From the NCBI GenBank assembly GCA_964188305.1, contig OZ076886.1: DNA of 64,000 nucleotides. The stretch is one strand, 5' to 3'. Below the pieces are notes generated by a model. It was not told where the DNA came from and did not search any database. It saw only the letters and a list, made by a program, of their open reading frames with translations. Below are positions 38,686 to 50,540 of this stretch, piece by piece. Source of the DNA: Podarcis bocagei. Its lineage: Eukaryota. Numbering within the stretch: position 1 is the stretch's first letter; every line of letters begins with the position of its first letter. The position numbers and the translations under genes are program-made.

Positions 38686-39754
38686 TTAATTTTTGTCTAT
38701 AACTGGGCAACCTTCTTCCTGGAAACATGCATGGCTTTCCTTATGCTGCTGAAAGTGGCTGCAGAAAACTTTGATAGAAAACTGTTGCAGTATCTCTAGA
38801 ATTCTAAAATAATTATCTCAGGGCAGCTTGGAATGGTCTCATCTGTTTGCCTAAGAAGATTTGTTGTTTTTCTTTTCTTTTCTTTTCTTTTCTTTTCATG
38901 TCATGTTATTTATTTATTTATTGAACAAACAAAAGGGGGGAGGCAACTTTTAAACAATAGTACATCATGTGGTATTTTACTTTTCATTTTTTAATACAAA
39001 TCACTAAGACTGAGTCTAGACATTTACCAATGGTAAAAAGGATCATAAAAGTATATCACAGTCATTGTTAAATAAACTATCTCATTAAATGATGACTTTC
39101 TGCACAATTGATACGAAGCCATTTGTTTTTCCAATCATATACGGTTGGTATTGAATTTTCAATGGAATGTAAATTAATCGTTCAGTAAGGGCATTTCTCT
39201 GTAATCAAAAAAGGGCTTGCCACTCTACTGGTGATTTTGGCAGCTCCCAGAACTGGGACTATGTGTCAAATTATAGACCTTAGCAATATTGTGAACTAAA
39301 GTAATCTCCTCCACAAATTGACGATCAGTTGGTATAAAAGAGGCAGAAAAAGAGATGAAGTTCAACACACCTCCTCTTGTCCACATTCTTCTTGGCTTAT
39401 ACCCAACTGACTGGGAAAATAACCATGTTTGACAAGAAAGCCATGTAAGAGCTGACAAATGGTTTTCTAGACATTTCACTGTGTGGTCACTACTACAGAT
39501 ATTGCCAGTCTGGGAAGAAAGCAAAGCTGATAAGCCATCCATCATTTTCACTGGGATACCCTCCCACATTTCTGAGAACCATAAGCTATGGTTGAGGTAC
39601 TGTCAGATTTGGCAGTGGAACAATCAGTGGAGAAAGAGTGGATTCAGCAGATCAGATTTGAAGTGGAAGCACTGATTTGCGGAGGGAAGCATTTTATATT
39701 TCCTGCTTTCTGGATTCCTTTATTCCTCTCTTTCATCTGTCGCTGCTTACATAC

Positions 39755-39942
39755 TATAGCTGTCAACCTTCCCTTTTTTTGCGGGAAATTCCCTTATTCC
39801 AGCGCCGTTTCCCGCTGCTTCCCACTGCTATCCCGGATTGTTGGATATCCTATAGACTGTCCCCGGGACAGGTGAGGCTGCTGATCCCTTATTTTCGAGG
39901 CTGCTGATCCCTTATTTTCAAAACTGAAAGTTGACAGCTATG
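39755..39942. mobile_element. hAT-type MITE, 188 bp
   Basis: TIR (T/C)ATAGCTGTCAAC; 8-bp TSD TTACATAC / TTACACAC (7 of 8); internal 22-bp tandem duplication gaggctgctgatcccttatttt. Confidence 0.85.
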
Positions 39943-40139
39943 TTACACACATTGTAGCTGATGCTCTTGAGTTCTGAAATTGATCTAGTGCTCTGAAAGG
40001 TGTATCCTGTATTATTATATACTCAGGAAATTCTTCTTTAATACAGGTATTCTTCTTCTACAGAAATGCAAGTGTATTAAAGAAGAGCACATTGAACTAA
40101 TGTTTCTATCCCCCCCCCTCCATGTGTTTCATCCTCTAG

Positions 40140-40201
40140 GAGTTGTCCCAACAAATGATGTTCTCCTGGCACTAGGTGACATGCGGAGGAGCTTAGCTGA
40201 G
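40140..40201 (+). CDS. PODXL2: PODXL2 coding exon 6
   Basis: cctctag| ... |gtaaga, 62 nt; (G)VVPTNDVLLALGDMRRSLAE vs human GVVPTQDVLSMLGDIRRSLEE. Confidence 0.95.
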
Positions 40202-42000
40202 GTAAGACCATGTTCAGTCACACAGCAGACAATGCAGTTAAATTGCCCACCTTGAAAATTAGCCCCATGCTCTAGCCTAGCTGGGCTCTGAGCCCGGAAT
40301 AGCAAAGCAATAGCTCAGCATTCAGTACAGAAATCCCTTCTTTCCTGTCTAGTAACTGCTGAGTCATCAAATGCCAATTTCTGTTAGCTATGACTGATTC
40401 TGTGGATTGTCTCTTTACACTGTGCACTTTTTAAAAAGTTACCATTATAGTCTTTTGAGATCCTGCTTGTCCTTGCTGAAAAGCATAGAGAAATGCAGAA
40501 ATGATTTTCTGCATCTGTCACACCAAAAACCACTTGGAGCTTTCTGAAGATGTTCCTGTGGGGTCTTTTGAAGGCATGGTGAACCTATAAATCTCTTCTA
40601 TTCACTGTGCACGGGGATTCATAGTTTTCTTGTTTGGAGCAGCTGAACTTTCACATTTGATCTCTGAAATGCCTTTGTCGTCTAGGAAGCTTATCTCATT
40701 CTCTGTTCAAATGAAAATATGACCTTACATTGTCCTTGGGCATGCTTTGTACCCAATCTACCGTGTTACATGGACAATGTGAAGCTCTACAGAATTTTAA
40801 TCAGCGTCACAAGAACTTAGAAATTGGCTGAGGGCCTTTCTGCATGATCACATCAGCCAATGTGTAATATTCTCCCAAGTGACTTCTTAGTGATATTGAA
40901 GTGATATATCCTATATATTTTGTGTGAAATAACCTCACTGTATTTGGATAGCTGTGTTGCTGTTTGCATCTTTTTTTAAAAAAAAAAAATCTTGTTAGTA
41001 GATAAGCATAGCTTTAAAAGAACTGAAGAAAGAACAAACAAAAATATCCCTAAAAGAAATGACTCATAAAATGCTTTAGACATTGAGAAGAGGTTTGCTC
41101 CCACTTGCAACAAATTTAATCACAAACACTATCAGTTGATGTCTGTAACTTTCCACCCAATAATCACAATAACAATGGACTTGCTGCCTGGAGGAATTCA
41201 TTTCCCCCAGTATTGTGCTCTGATTGTTCAGAAAATGTGACATACTACTTCTGCACTGTATAAGGCAGAGACTAGTGGAATGATATCTGTGAGCTGGAAA
41301 TTACCTACAGAGTTCACAGAACTCACTACAGGTGAGATCCACATGTGTCTGCCTACACTGTAGGAATGCATAAGCAGCAGACTCAAAAAAGAATGGCTCC
41401 CCTTTGATCAGTTTCTTTGAACACCAAAACCCTTCAGCAAGAAGTCTTATTGCTTGATTCCATGGCGGCCAATTCTGATGGCTCATTAGAAAGGCTCTTC
41501 TTTGGGAGCAAAATCGGAGGGTAGGGGCTAAAAGGAGCCCCCAGTGGATGATCTGTCTCACAGACCTGAGCCTCAGAACCTGTTTTTAGAAATCAAAAGA
41601 AGAACTGCCTCTTCCTTCTTTGCCAACATAATATGCACCCCATCTTCTGTTATCAACTCCTGATTCCCCACAATCTAGCAGAATTTCCTCCTACAACACA
41701 CTGCCTCCATCTCCGAACACATATGCCCTCCATTCATTGTCCCCATCCAGGGCTACGCTGTGCTAGAGCTCAGGCCAAGAGTCTTATTTTCAGTAACCAA
41801 AGATTTGAGTTTATTGTGGTATGCAGTATTCATAATCCATTTTGACTTAGTCATCTTCAGAGATAAATATCACATCTTACTGCAGTGATTCACTTAAAAC
41901 ATTAGCCTAAAGATTTCTGGAACAAGTTACCTCTGAAGAAGACAATTTATGCAACAAAGTCCTGAGAACAGATTGGAAATGCATCTATTTTTGTTTTTAG

Positions 42001-42180
42001 ATTGGAATTCAGAACTACACAACTACTTCAAGTTGCCAGTCACGTCCCAGCCAGACCCATAATGACTATGGAAAGCTTTTTGTGGTGCTGGTCATTATTG
42101 GCTCAATCTGTGTCATCATCATTATAACAGGACTGATTTACAACTGCTGGCAGAGGCGCTTGCCCAAAATGAAGAACATG
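42001..42180 (+). CDS. PODXL2: PODXL2 coding exon 7: transmembrane helix
   Basis: tttttag| ... |gtgagt, 180 nt; IGIQNYTTTSSCQSRPSQTHNDYGKLFVVLVIIGSICVIIIITGLIYNCWQRRLPKMKNM. Confidence 0.97.
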
Positions 42181-42358
42181 GTGAGTCCCAGTGTGGCATC
42201 TGACTTGAACTCTTATTCTTCGAAGGATGGAGAAGGATTGTAGGAAGTGCTTCCTGATTTGCCTACCTTCCTTCCTAAATGTCAAGCTTTTGAATAAATA
42301 AATAAATAAATAAATAAACATTTTCTCTCGCATCTTGTTTGTCCCATTTCTTTTTCAG

Positions 42359-42568
42359 TCACATGGGGAGGAGCTACGGTTTGTGGAGAACGGCTGCCAT
42401 GACAATCCGACCTTGGATGTAGCCAGCGACAGCCAATCAGAAATGCAAGAAAAGAAGCCAAGTGTGAATGGTGGGGGAGCTGTTAATGGACCTGAGAGCT
42501 GGGATGTCCTCATTAACAAGCGGGCAGGCGAAGAGGGAGATGTGTTTGAGGAAGACACACACCTTTAA
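42359..42568 (+). CDS. PODXL2: PODXL2 last coding exon: cytoplasmic tail with C-terminal PDZ-binding DTHL
   Basis: ttttcag|; SHGEELRFVENGCHDNPTLDVASDSQSEMQEKKPS...VFEEDTHL then TAA at 42566-42568. CD34-family signature. Confidence 0.97.
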   Translation, partial: SHGEELRFVENGCHDNPTLDVASDSQSEMQEKKPSVNGGGAVNGPESWDVLINKRAGEEGDVFEEDTHL

Positions 42569-42847
42569 AAGAGGAGTCGGGTGTTTCTGATTGCACTCTT
42601 GTTTGACTTAAGGGCCATTTGGTGAGGGTGGCTCCTCAGGAACTTATTTTTTCAGGTTTGGAATGGATCTGCCCATCACGGTCCTGAGGCACCATCACAG
42701 TCCTGGAGTCGGAAGGGCCACCCTGAGCAGAGTGGGTGGGGGGTGGGGCGTGTTTGTGTGTTGCTGTCAGTAGCGCCAATGTTTAATCACTTTTAAATGC
42801 ACTTGCTCTAGTTCTTTGGTAGGAGTGGAGGATGGCCAGGTTTGAAA

Positions 42848-42853
42848 AATAAA
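42848..42853 (+). terminator. Candidate PODXL2 polyadenylation signal
   Basis: First AATAAA seen after the stop codon, about 280 nt downstream. Later AATAAA hexamers exist, so the true 3' end is not established. Confidence 0.4.
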
Positions 42854-45800
42854 TGGTATCAAGGCTTAGCATTGCCCCAGAGTGGTGTTTACTGAAGGAT
42901 TCGTCACAGAGGCAGTAGGCCAGTTCTGCACAGGAAAAAGTGGGTTCACAACCTGTCTCAAAAGGTACAGTGGCAGCAAGGAAAGACGGCATATTTCTTG
43001 TCTAGGCTTGGGATATGATGCATTAAGACAGTCTTGCAATTCACCACTCACTTTGTTGCCCAGCATGAGAAACTTTTCCTTCTAGTGAATGACCAGCAGG
43101 ATTTTCTACTCAAGCTGCAAAGTGGTTCATAACTGTTAAGTGCTGGGCTGACAGATGTATTGTGTGAGCTGGTAATTTAAAAAACTTCTTTGTAAGGTTG
43201 CTATTTAGGCAGAACAAATCTATTCTGCTCAGGTACCTGACAGAGCCCTAATTTTAGGTGCTAGCAGGATATTGCATTGCCCCTTCCCTTACTATGACAT
43301 TTTGCAGTAACAGCACCTTTTGTGGATCCAAACCTAGTGGAAACTGAACTGATCTAGCTTGGTTGATCTGAATCCAGAAAAGTATTTTTCTAATACAGAA
43401 TGAATTCCTGCTATCACCTTCACAAGTTTTCTGGACTGGCAATTAGAGATCAGAATTTTGGGGCAGCAGTGGGCAGGGAAGCCAGCTGGGAAGTCTCCTT
43501 TACTTTAGTTAATGCACTTACTATAACAGCTACGCTGATTGCTGCGCAAGTCTTGTTTGATTGACCTTGAATGAAACAGATGGAAAACTTAAGTGTCCTC
43601 TTCTGTACCAGTGGAGTAAATTTTGATTTCATCTACCCAACTATATGTCAGGAATAGGTCAGTTTAAACAAATGAGGTTAGTACCTTAGTACAGTAATAC
43701 CTCTGGGATCAAAACTAGGCTCAAGGGCTGCCATATGAATGCTTTGTTAGCATGCCTTGGGCAAACTAGAATGCCCCAGGCTTCTTTGAGAAGCACTTGC
43801 ATATGCAGAACCTCCCATTTTCAGTGCTGATGGCTGGTCTCAATATATTTTTGCTTCCTTTTCTCCAGAATGTTACTCCGTTACACACATCTCATGGCTT
43901 GTCTCACTTCAAAAGGAAAATGACCAACACAAAAACTTGTTATGATTGCCTGTCTGGCTCAACCGAGTTGCCATTAATAATCCTTGCTCTTTAACAGAAC
44001 CATCACACACAAAGATTCATGTATATTTAATGGAGATTGCTGATTAACTTGTAATGGAAATCTGTCAGCAACCAATCCGTAGCTCTCTATGAGCACTGAA
44101 ATCTGATCTCCCAAAAACATAAAGCAATCTTGTCAGCACAGTTTAATTTCACATATAAATACTGCATAAATCTTACATACAGTATTGCAAGGATTCTTTT
44201 TTAAAAATGTTCAGATGTTAGGCAACAGTATTAGTTCCCTAGCCAAATTCCAACTAAAATATTCAATTTATGTGAATGTCAGGATTGCATTTTCTCTCTG
44301 CAGGGGAGATATGTGCCAGGAAAACTATCTCTAAATGTTTATTCTTTTTCATGGTTTGGATTCTATGCAGTCATATTGCTGCACAGAGCTCATTCATGAT
44401 TTTAGAGATCTTTTACATCTTCCCCTATTTATTTATTTATTTTACTCCATGGCTTCTTCCATTTTGTCCTATCTTAGGGTTTATGAGAGCAGTTAGTCAT
44501 TATCTTTTGGGCTGTAGTTTTTTACTTGTTTAAGATTTAACACACACATGCACTATTTCCTCTCTACAATGAGTTAGGTTTGTACTCATCTTTGTTATAT
44601 ACATGGAGCCACACTGACCTCTGGTGGTGGCTGAGAAAAATGGATTAAAGGAAAAATAGTTTTGTTCTAGCGCCGCCTTCAAACACACAAAATACCATGA
44701 TTTCAAGATGGAACGGTTAGAAATGAAACTACAGGCCAACTCTACTCCAAAGTAGATGAAAGGAAGCCAGCAGAGCACTTTCCAATGACATCTAGAATTA
44801 AGCTTGTGGGAATAGTGATGATAGACCTTGAGTCTTTAATCACATGGATTTAAAAATTAGCATAGAGCAATAATCCTGTTGGCTTCACTACTCGCCGTAT
44901 GAAAAAATAGAGGAAAGGGAGCAATCCTTAATTATTACTAGAGATATGTTTTACTGGACCAGCTTCTTTTGTTGGTGTGAGAAGTATGCAAGCTTTTGAA
45001 TGACGGTAAAACTCTTTAAACAGTTAGAATGACCTCACAAAACTTTTTGAATCACCTTCTGATTTAATGCAATGTCATGCTATCATAAGATAATTCTTTG
45101 TAAGCCCACCATTTTGAGGACTGTATCATCTAGTACTGTAGATGGTAAACCACTTTCAGACAAGGAGATGTGTGTTCCTACAGAGATGAGAAATTACCAT
45201 GCCCCTGGATGTAGGGTACAAGTGAGAGACATTAAAATAAATGAAGGGACTGTATAGTCTTAGTCCAGATACTACACCACACAATTATCTATGCTAAGCA
45301 TAAGTAAGAACCCACACTATGGTTTCAGCTTCCAAATGTACAACTCTGCCCTCAGCTTCTAAACTTCACAAATTCGCTTCTTTCACCATAGTGCTCCATA
45401 GAGCAATGTCCTTAAGTGATTTGTCAGTGTTTTGTGAATTCAGACATAAGGGCAAATTACAATTGGTACAAACTGTGGTTTGCAAACCAGCTTCCAGTGT
45501 TGGTTTGATATAATGGTTTACAAAGGATTTATATTACGTCTGAATATAGCCAAATAGTCACAAAGAGAGATGCTTCACTCAGCTACTGCCCTTACTTGAT
45601 GCATGGTTATGACATTCTTAGGTCAATATGTAAGGAAATGCAGGGAGGATATGAGAATTCTTGGCAACTCAGCATGGTCGTGTGGTGACAGCCTTGCAGT
45701 TTGAGAACCACTGACTCAGAAAATATCTATGGGCTACCTAACTCAACATCTGGTGCAGAAGCTTCTCTGCTGATTGTTCCAGCAGTGGACAAGAGTACAG

Positions 45801-47500
45801 ATTGCTACACAGATGTCTCTCAGCAGGACTTGCCTCGGACACTGATTTCTCATGAATCTCTGATTAAAATAAAGCATACCTTTCCACTCTCTAAAACCAA
45901 ACACAACTCCCTCCTCCCAACTAAAAAAACTAATAAAGGCTGAGGAATCTGCTGTCCTAGTTCTTTTGTTACATGCTTGTGAAGATAAAGCCTCCGATAC
46001 TACTATTAGCCTTACTATCCTGGCTCCTACAGCTGTATTACATTAAGGATATGAATGGGATAGTGTGGATCTCCAAATCACTGCAGTGATTCCCAAATGA
46101 GGGATTGAGAATCAGCTGGATAAGAGTGGGATGGATAGATTGCAGCAGAGAGCTGCAATGGTTGGGGAAGAATTATAAATCAAATTATTCTGATTGAGAT
46201 GATCCCATTAGAAAGACAGACTGCAACCCTACACCCACATAAAATTAATTGAACTTACTGAGACATATTTCTGAAAAAACATGCACAGCATAAAATGTAC
46301 TGTTAAATTTTAAACATTTGGGAAACGCTGCACGATTGCTTCCTCTCATCCCTGAGTCTTATTTTTCTAAGGAGACTGAGAAAGTTGACCTTCATTTGGA
46401 AAGTTTCCTTAATATACATAAAAGTAGGGTTCTTTTCTTGATGGAAATTTTACATACTCCAAAATGTGATGGTTTTATCATCTGTCATTTCACTTGCTAG
46501 CAAATGTTCCTTAGTCACCAGTAGCACTTTTTGAAATAAAGTTTCTGGTCAAAATAGAGAATCTCCTGTGTTCATTTCCCCAGCATGTATTAATGACTTA
46601 AGCCTCAGCTTGAAGAAAAAGATTGCTATGTTGTATGGGTGCAATATTTGTACATGCACGATGCATATGTTATGGTGAGGGTTGAAATTTGGTAAGGCAT
46701 ACTGAACACAGGTTTTGGAATTAACTGAGGGAACATTACATTTATTTATCAATTTATATCCTGTCCTTCCTCCCAGAAATATGGAGTGATATTTTAGTGG
46801 TGAGAGGTAGATTAGGTTGAGAGAAAGTAACTTCCTCAACTGTTCTATCAGCTTCATAGTGCAGCAGAGTTTGAATCTGGGATTTAATTAGTTGTGTTTC
46901 TTCAAACAAAGACCTCCTGATCTAATTGGCTGCATTAGCAGCTGGAAGAAGCTAACCAGGGCTATAAATGTGGAACAACCTAGCAAGGGAGTCCCATCTA
47001 ATGAAACATTTTGGCCCCAGTGATCGCATCAAGGTAACAAATTATTAAGCAAACAGACTAATGCCACCCATTTAATCAATCAGTCAAGAGCTCTGTGCTA
47101 GGGCTGAATCTTAGGGGTGTTAAGTCTCTATAAGAGACTTAAGCTAGTTTTTAGCTCTGCCCAAGCAGTGAAGTTTAGAGGGGACATGGTAAACCAGAAA
47201 TCTAGACTAAATCCCAATTTTAGAGAAATGTTTAAAAAATATATAGTTCCGTACAGTACAGAGTCAGCTTTAGATTATAAGGTAGGCTTAGCTTTTAAAT
47301 CAAGTTCAGTGTTGCCATTCTTTGAGAAGTGGAAAGTGAAAACGGAAAAGTTCATTTTTCAAAAGTTGCTTTATTGCATGTGGGGCACCCCCACACCACC
47401 CCCAGGTTTGAATCTTCAGGAACAGACACTTATAAGAATAAGTTAACATTTCAAAAATGGAGGATTGAAACCCTACACTATCAAAATCACCCCATCAATG

Positions 47501-47951
47501 TGTTAGGTTGGAATAACGACAGACGAGTAGCAAGTGTTATGTGAGAGGCATCTCTCGAGCAAGCCCCGAGGAGACTCTTTTATTGAATATTGCAACATTG
47601 CCACAGGTGCGCTCGTCGTTGATTGGTTGACACAAATACAAAGCAACTTGTTGCTGATTGGTTAACACAAGTACAAAGCAAAGGTTACATATAGGCATTA
47701 ATCACCAATAGATTAAAGGCTGGGAAAGGGAGCACAGAACTAGACAGGCATGAAACCTAATTAAATTATAACTAGTGATTAATATAGCAAAGCTTAAACA
47801 ATTACGTTCCGATAGATGTGGTCAACTATGCATTAAGAACAGGTCAAAGTGAACTGAACATTCTGGGACGATGAGGGAATGTCTTAATATTGGAACGGTG
47901 TGTGAAGCATCATGTGCAGAAGCAAATGTGTAAAAGCAAATATTCCTATCA
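47501..47951 (-). mobile_element. Solo retroviral LTR, 451 bp
   Basis: TGTTAGG...CCTATCA termini; 6-bp TSD TCAATG (47495-47500, 47952-47957); minus-strand AATAAA at 47579-47584; duplicated CCAAT-containing 27-mer. Confidence 0.85.
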
Positions 47952-48064
47952 TCAATGGATCTGTTTAATGAAGACAGTAGAATTTTTGTTAATTTATCGT
48001 TTTAACATTTGTAATGCTAAGTATACCAAACAAATAATTTCTATGACTCACACTATCTTCAACT

Positions 48065-48153
48065 AAAAAAATTGCTTCCTGTAGCACCTTAAAGACCAAC
48101 TAAGTTAGTTCTTGGTATAAGCTTTCGTGTGCATGCACACTTCTTCAGATACC
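48065..48153 (-). mobile_element. Short Penelope-like (pLTR) insertion carrying a hammerhead motif
   Basis: gtagcaccttaaagaccaactaag...gtataagctttcgtgtgcatgcacacttcttcagatac; flanking direct repeat ATCTTCAACT (48055-48064, 48154-48163). Confidence 0.8.
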
Positions 48154-48154
48154 A
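48113..48154 (-). ncRNA. Minimal type I hammerhead ribozyme motif
   Basis: Minus-strand RNA UGGUAU-CUGAAGA-A-GUGUGCAUGCACAC-GAAA-GC-U-U-AUACCA: 6-bp stem I, intact CUGANGA and GAAA cores, palindromic stem II, palindromic AGCU stem III, NUH site. Confidence 0.8.
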
Positions 48155-48770
48155 TCTTCAACTGCATGTGCAAGAAAGGTGACTCAAGCTGGGTTGTTTA
48201 TCTTATGTTGCCCTGTCATGTTTTGCCATGCAGAAAAGACAATCATGGTATACTTTGAACCAAAGAACTCACTTTGACTCAAACAAAAAACCTGTTCAAT
48301 ATCAGGACTGAGTTCTACCACTAATATAAAAACAGTGTTTGCCAAGAACAAGAAGTGTTTTATCTTCCTATTTTATACTGGGAGCTTGACTGTGGCATCA
48401 CCTATTTTATTAACTAAACTGGAGATAGATGCCTTGAAAAAAGGAATTTTCTATAGAATTCAGAGGACTCTTACCACTGAAAGACCACCAGTCCCTGCTT
48501 GCCTGAAGCACCCCATGCAAACTGATCCATCCAAAACTCACTAGGTGGCTCTGCCCCATTACCACCAAAGCTCACCTGCTTTTGGCTCTGTACTGAACAG
48601 GTATTTTAAAGCCACAAGTTGGTAGCTCTTATGAGCATATGTATAGCTATGAGCATATATGAGTGCTATTTGCAAAACCACAAAGGCTAGTAAATGCCTC
48701 CTGGATGGACCTATGGGAAACTCAAGTGTGGGGGCATGAGCACAATAGACCTCTCACTGTTGAATCCCAG

Positions 48771-48885
48771 ATTCAGGTAGGTAGCTGTGTTGGTCTGATG
48801 CAGTCAAAATAAAAATTGTCCAGTAGCACCTTAGAGACAAACTAAGTTTGTTCTGGGTATAAGCTTTCGTGTGCATGCACACTTC
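48771..48885 (-). mobile_element. Second short Penelope-like insertion with truncated hammerhead
   Basis: Same family as 48065-48153; 11-bp TSD TTGAATCCCAG (48760-48770, 48886-48896); truncated inside the CUGAAGA core. Confidence 0.8.
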
Positions 48886-49779
48886 TTGAATCCCAGTAGC
48901 TGGTATTGATCCTGGGGATACCATACACCCCAATGACTAGTAGCCATTTGATTAGCACTCTCCATGAATTTGTCTAACCCCTTCTTTAAATACATTCAAA
49001 TTGTTGTCCATCCCAACTTCTTGTGGAAGTGAGTTCCAGAGTTTAACATACACTGTATGAAGTAGTACTTCCTTTTGCCTATCCACTTAGCTTCAGTGGA
49101 CGACTTAGGAACTAAAATTATGAGAGGGAGCAAAACGTCTCTCTATTTACTATGAATAATTGTACACACCTCTATCACGCCTCCTCTTACCCTAGTTTTT
49201 TACCAAATTAAAAAGTCTCAGGCAATTAGCAGCTTAAAATGCAACAAAGCCGTCGCCTCCACAACTCTTATTTGTGAAGCTGTCAATGGGCAATGGGCGT
49301 CCCAAATGTACACGCGGTTTTAAGATTGCCTTTCGGATTAAAGCTGGTTTGAGGGGAAACACATCAAGCGGCAGTATTTCTCAAGAAACTACAAGATAGC
49401 TCTGGATTGTGTGCACACGGATTCAACAAAAAGTGGGGGGGGGGGCGCCTGCATTGGAAAGACGGAGAAAAGGATAATGTGGTAAAAAACCCAAAAACTG
49501 CCCCAGCTCCTTGAACACTTCCGTCGTCCCTTTCCGCATCTTTTCTAGCTCGACAACATCTCTTATTTTGGAGACGAAGAGAATTGAACCGAACAGTCTT
49601 CCTTCCATACAATAAAAACTTGAGTAGGAAAGCGCATGGATGGCTACCTCCCTTTTCTGCTTCTCCTACTTGCTTGCGGCCCTGCAACGAGAGACACTGG
49701 GGGTTTTATTCCTCCTAGTCTCCTGACATTTTTTATTTTCTTTCCATTCCTCTGGGGAGAAGCCACCACGCGAAGAACA

Positions 49780-50540
49780 CGGCGTCAGAAGTAACCAGGA
49801 AGCTCCCTTCCGCGTGCAGACAAAGTCATTGTCCGCTTCAGCCTCGCTCCGACCGAGGCTTCCGGGCCACAGATTTGCAGGCGGCATGGGGGGCGCTGGA
49901 GGAGCCCGAACTTTTTAAAAACACGAAGCCCTAACCCTTTTGAAAATAATATCTATATATACAGACGCACAAACGCCGCTCTTGGCACCGGAGAGAAGGA
50001 GGAGGTGGCGGCATCTAATCGCGGGCGAATCACAGAACGAAGCGAGGCGGGCTCTTGTGGAGGAGAAGCGCGCGCTGCGCCTGGAGAAGCAGCAGCTGCT
50101 GCTCGCCCGTCCGGGGCTTTGCCAGGCGGCGGCGGGAATTAAAGCTGCACACGCACGACACCGGCCTTCCGCAGCCGCTGCCCGGCCTTCTAGGCTGACC
50201 CAGGCGAGGTGGGCGGGCCTGCGCGCCGCCGGGTCCCCCAGGAAAGGGCGGGGAGCGAGGCCGGCCTCCTCGCTGGTGTGGAGCAGCCTCTCCGGCGCCG
50301 TGTTTACATCCGGCGCCGCTTGCCCTGGGCTGCCCTGCTCCTCCTCCTCCTGGGCCTGGGCCTGCTCCCGCTGAAGCCGCCTTCGCTCCCCTAGGCCGGG
50401 TCAATGCGGCGCTTTCCGGCGGGCTATGGACACCAGCGACCTCTTCACCAGCTGCAAGAAGGGCGATGTTTTCCGAGTGCGGTGAGGCCCCCATGGGGTG
50501 GGGGACCCCCGGGAGAGGGCCACACACCCCCATCGGTGCT
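49780..50540. promoter_or_regulatory. CpG island / ABTB1 promoter and 5' UTR
   Basis: Abrupt GC- and CpG-rich stretch with GGGCGG boxes (~50211, ~50245) and a GCGCGCGC run, ending just past the first coding exon. Confidence 0.9.
50426..50481 (+). CDS. ABTB1: ABTB1 coding exon 1
   Basis: ggctATGg strong Kozak context; MDTSDLFTSCKKGDVFRV(R), donor |gtgagg; human MDTSDLFASCRKGDVGRVR. Confidence 0.95.

Noticed and set aside
49940-50533. 144-aa (+) and 167-aa (-) ORFs at the CpG island
   Set aside because: Expected from GC-rich sequence; non-ATG or weak starts, no recognisable domain; the real frame starts at 50426.
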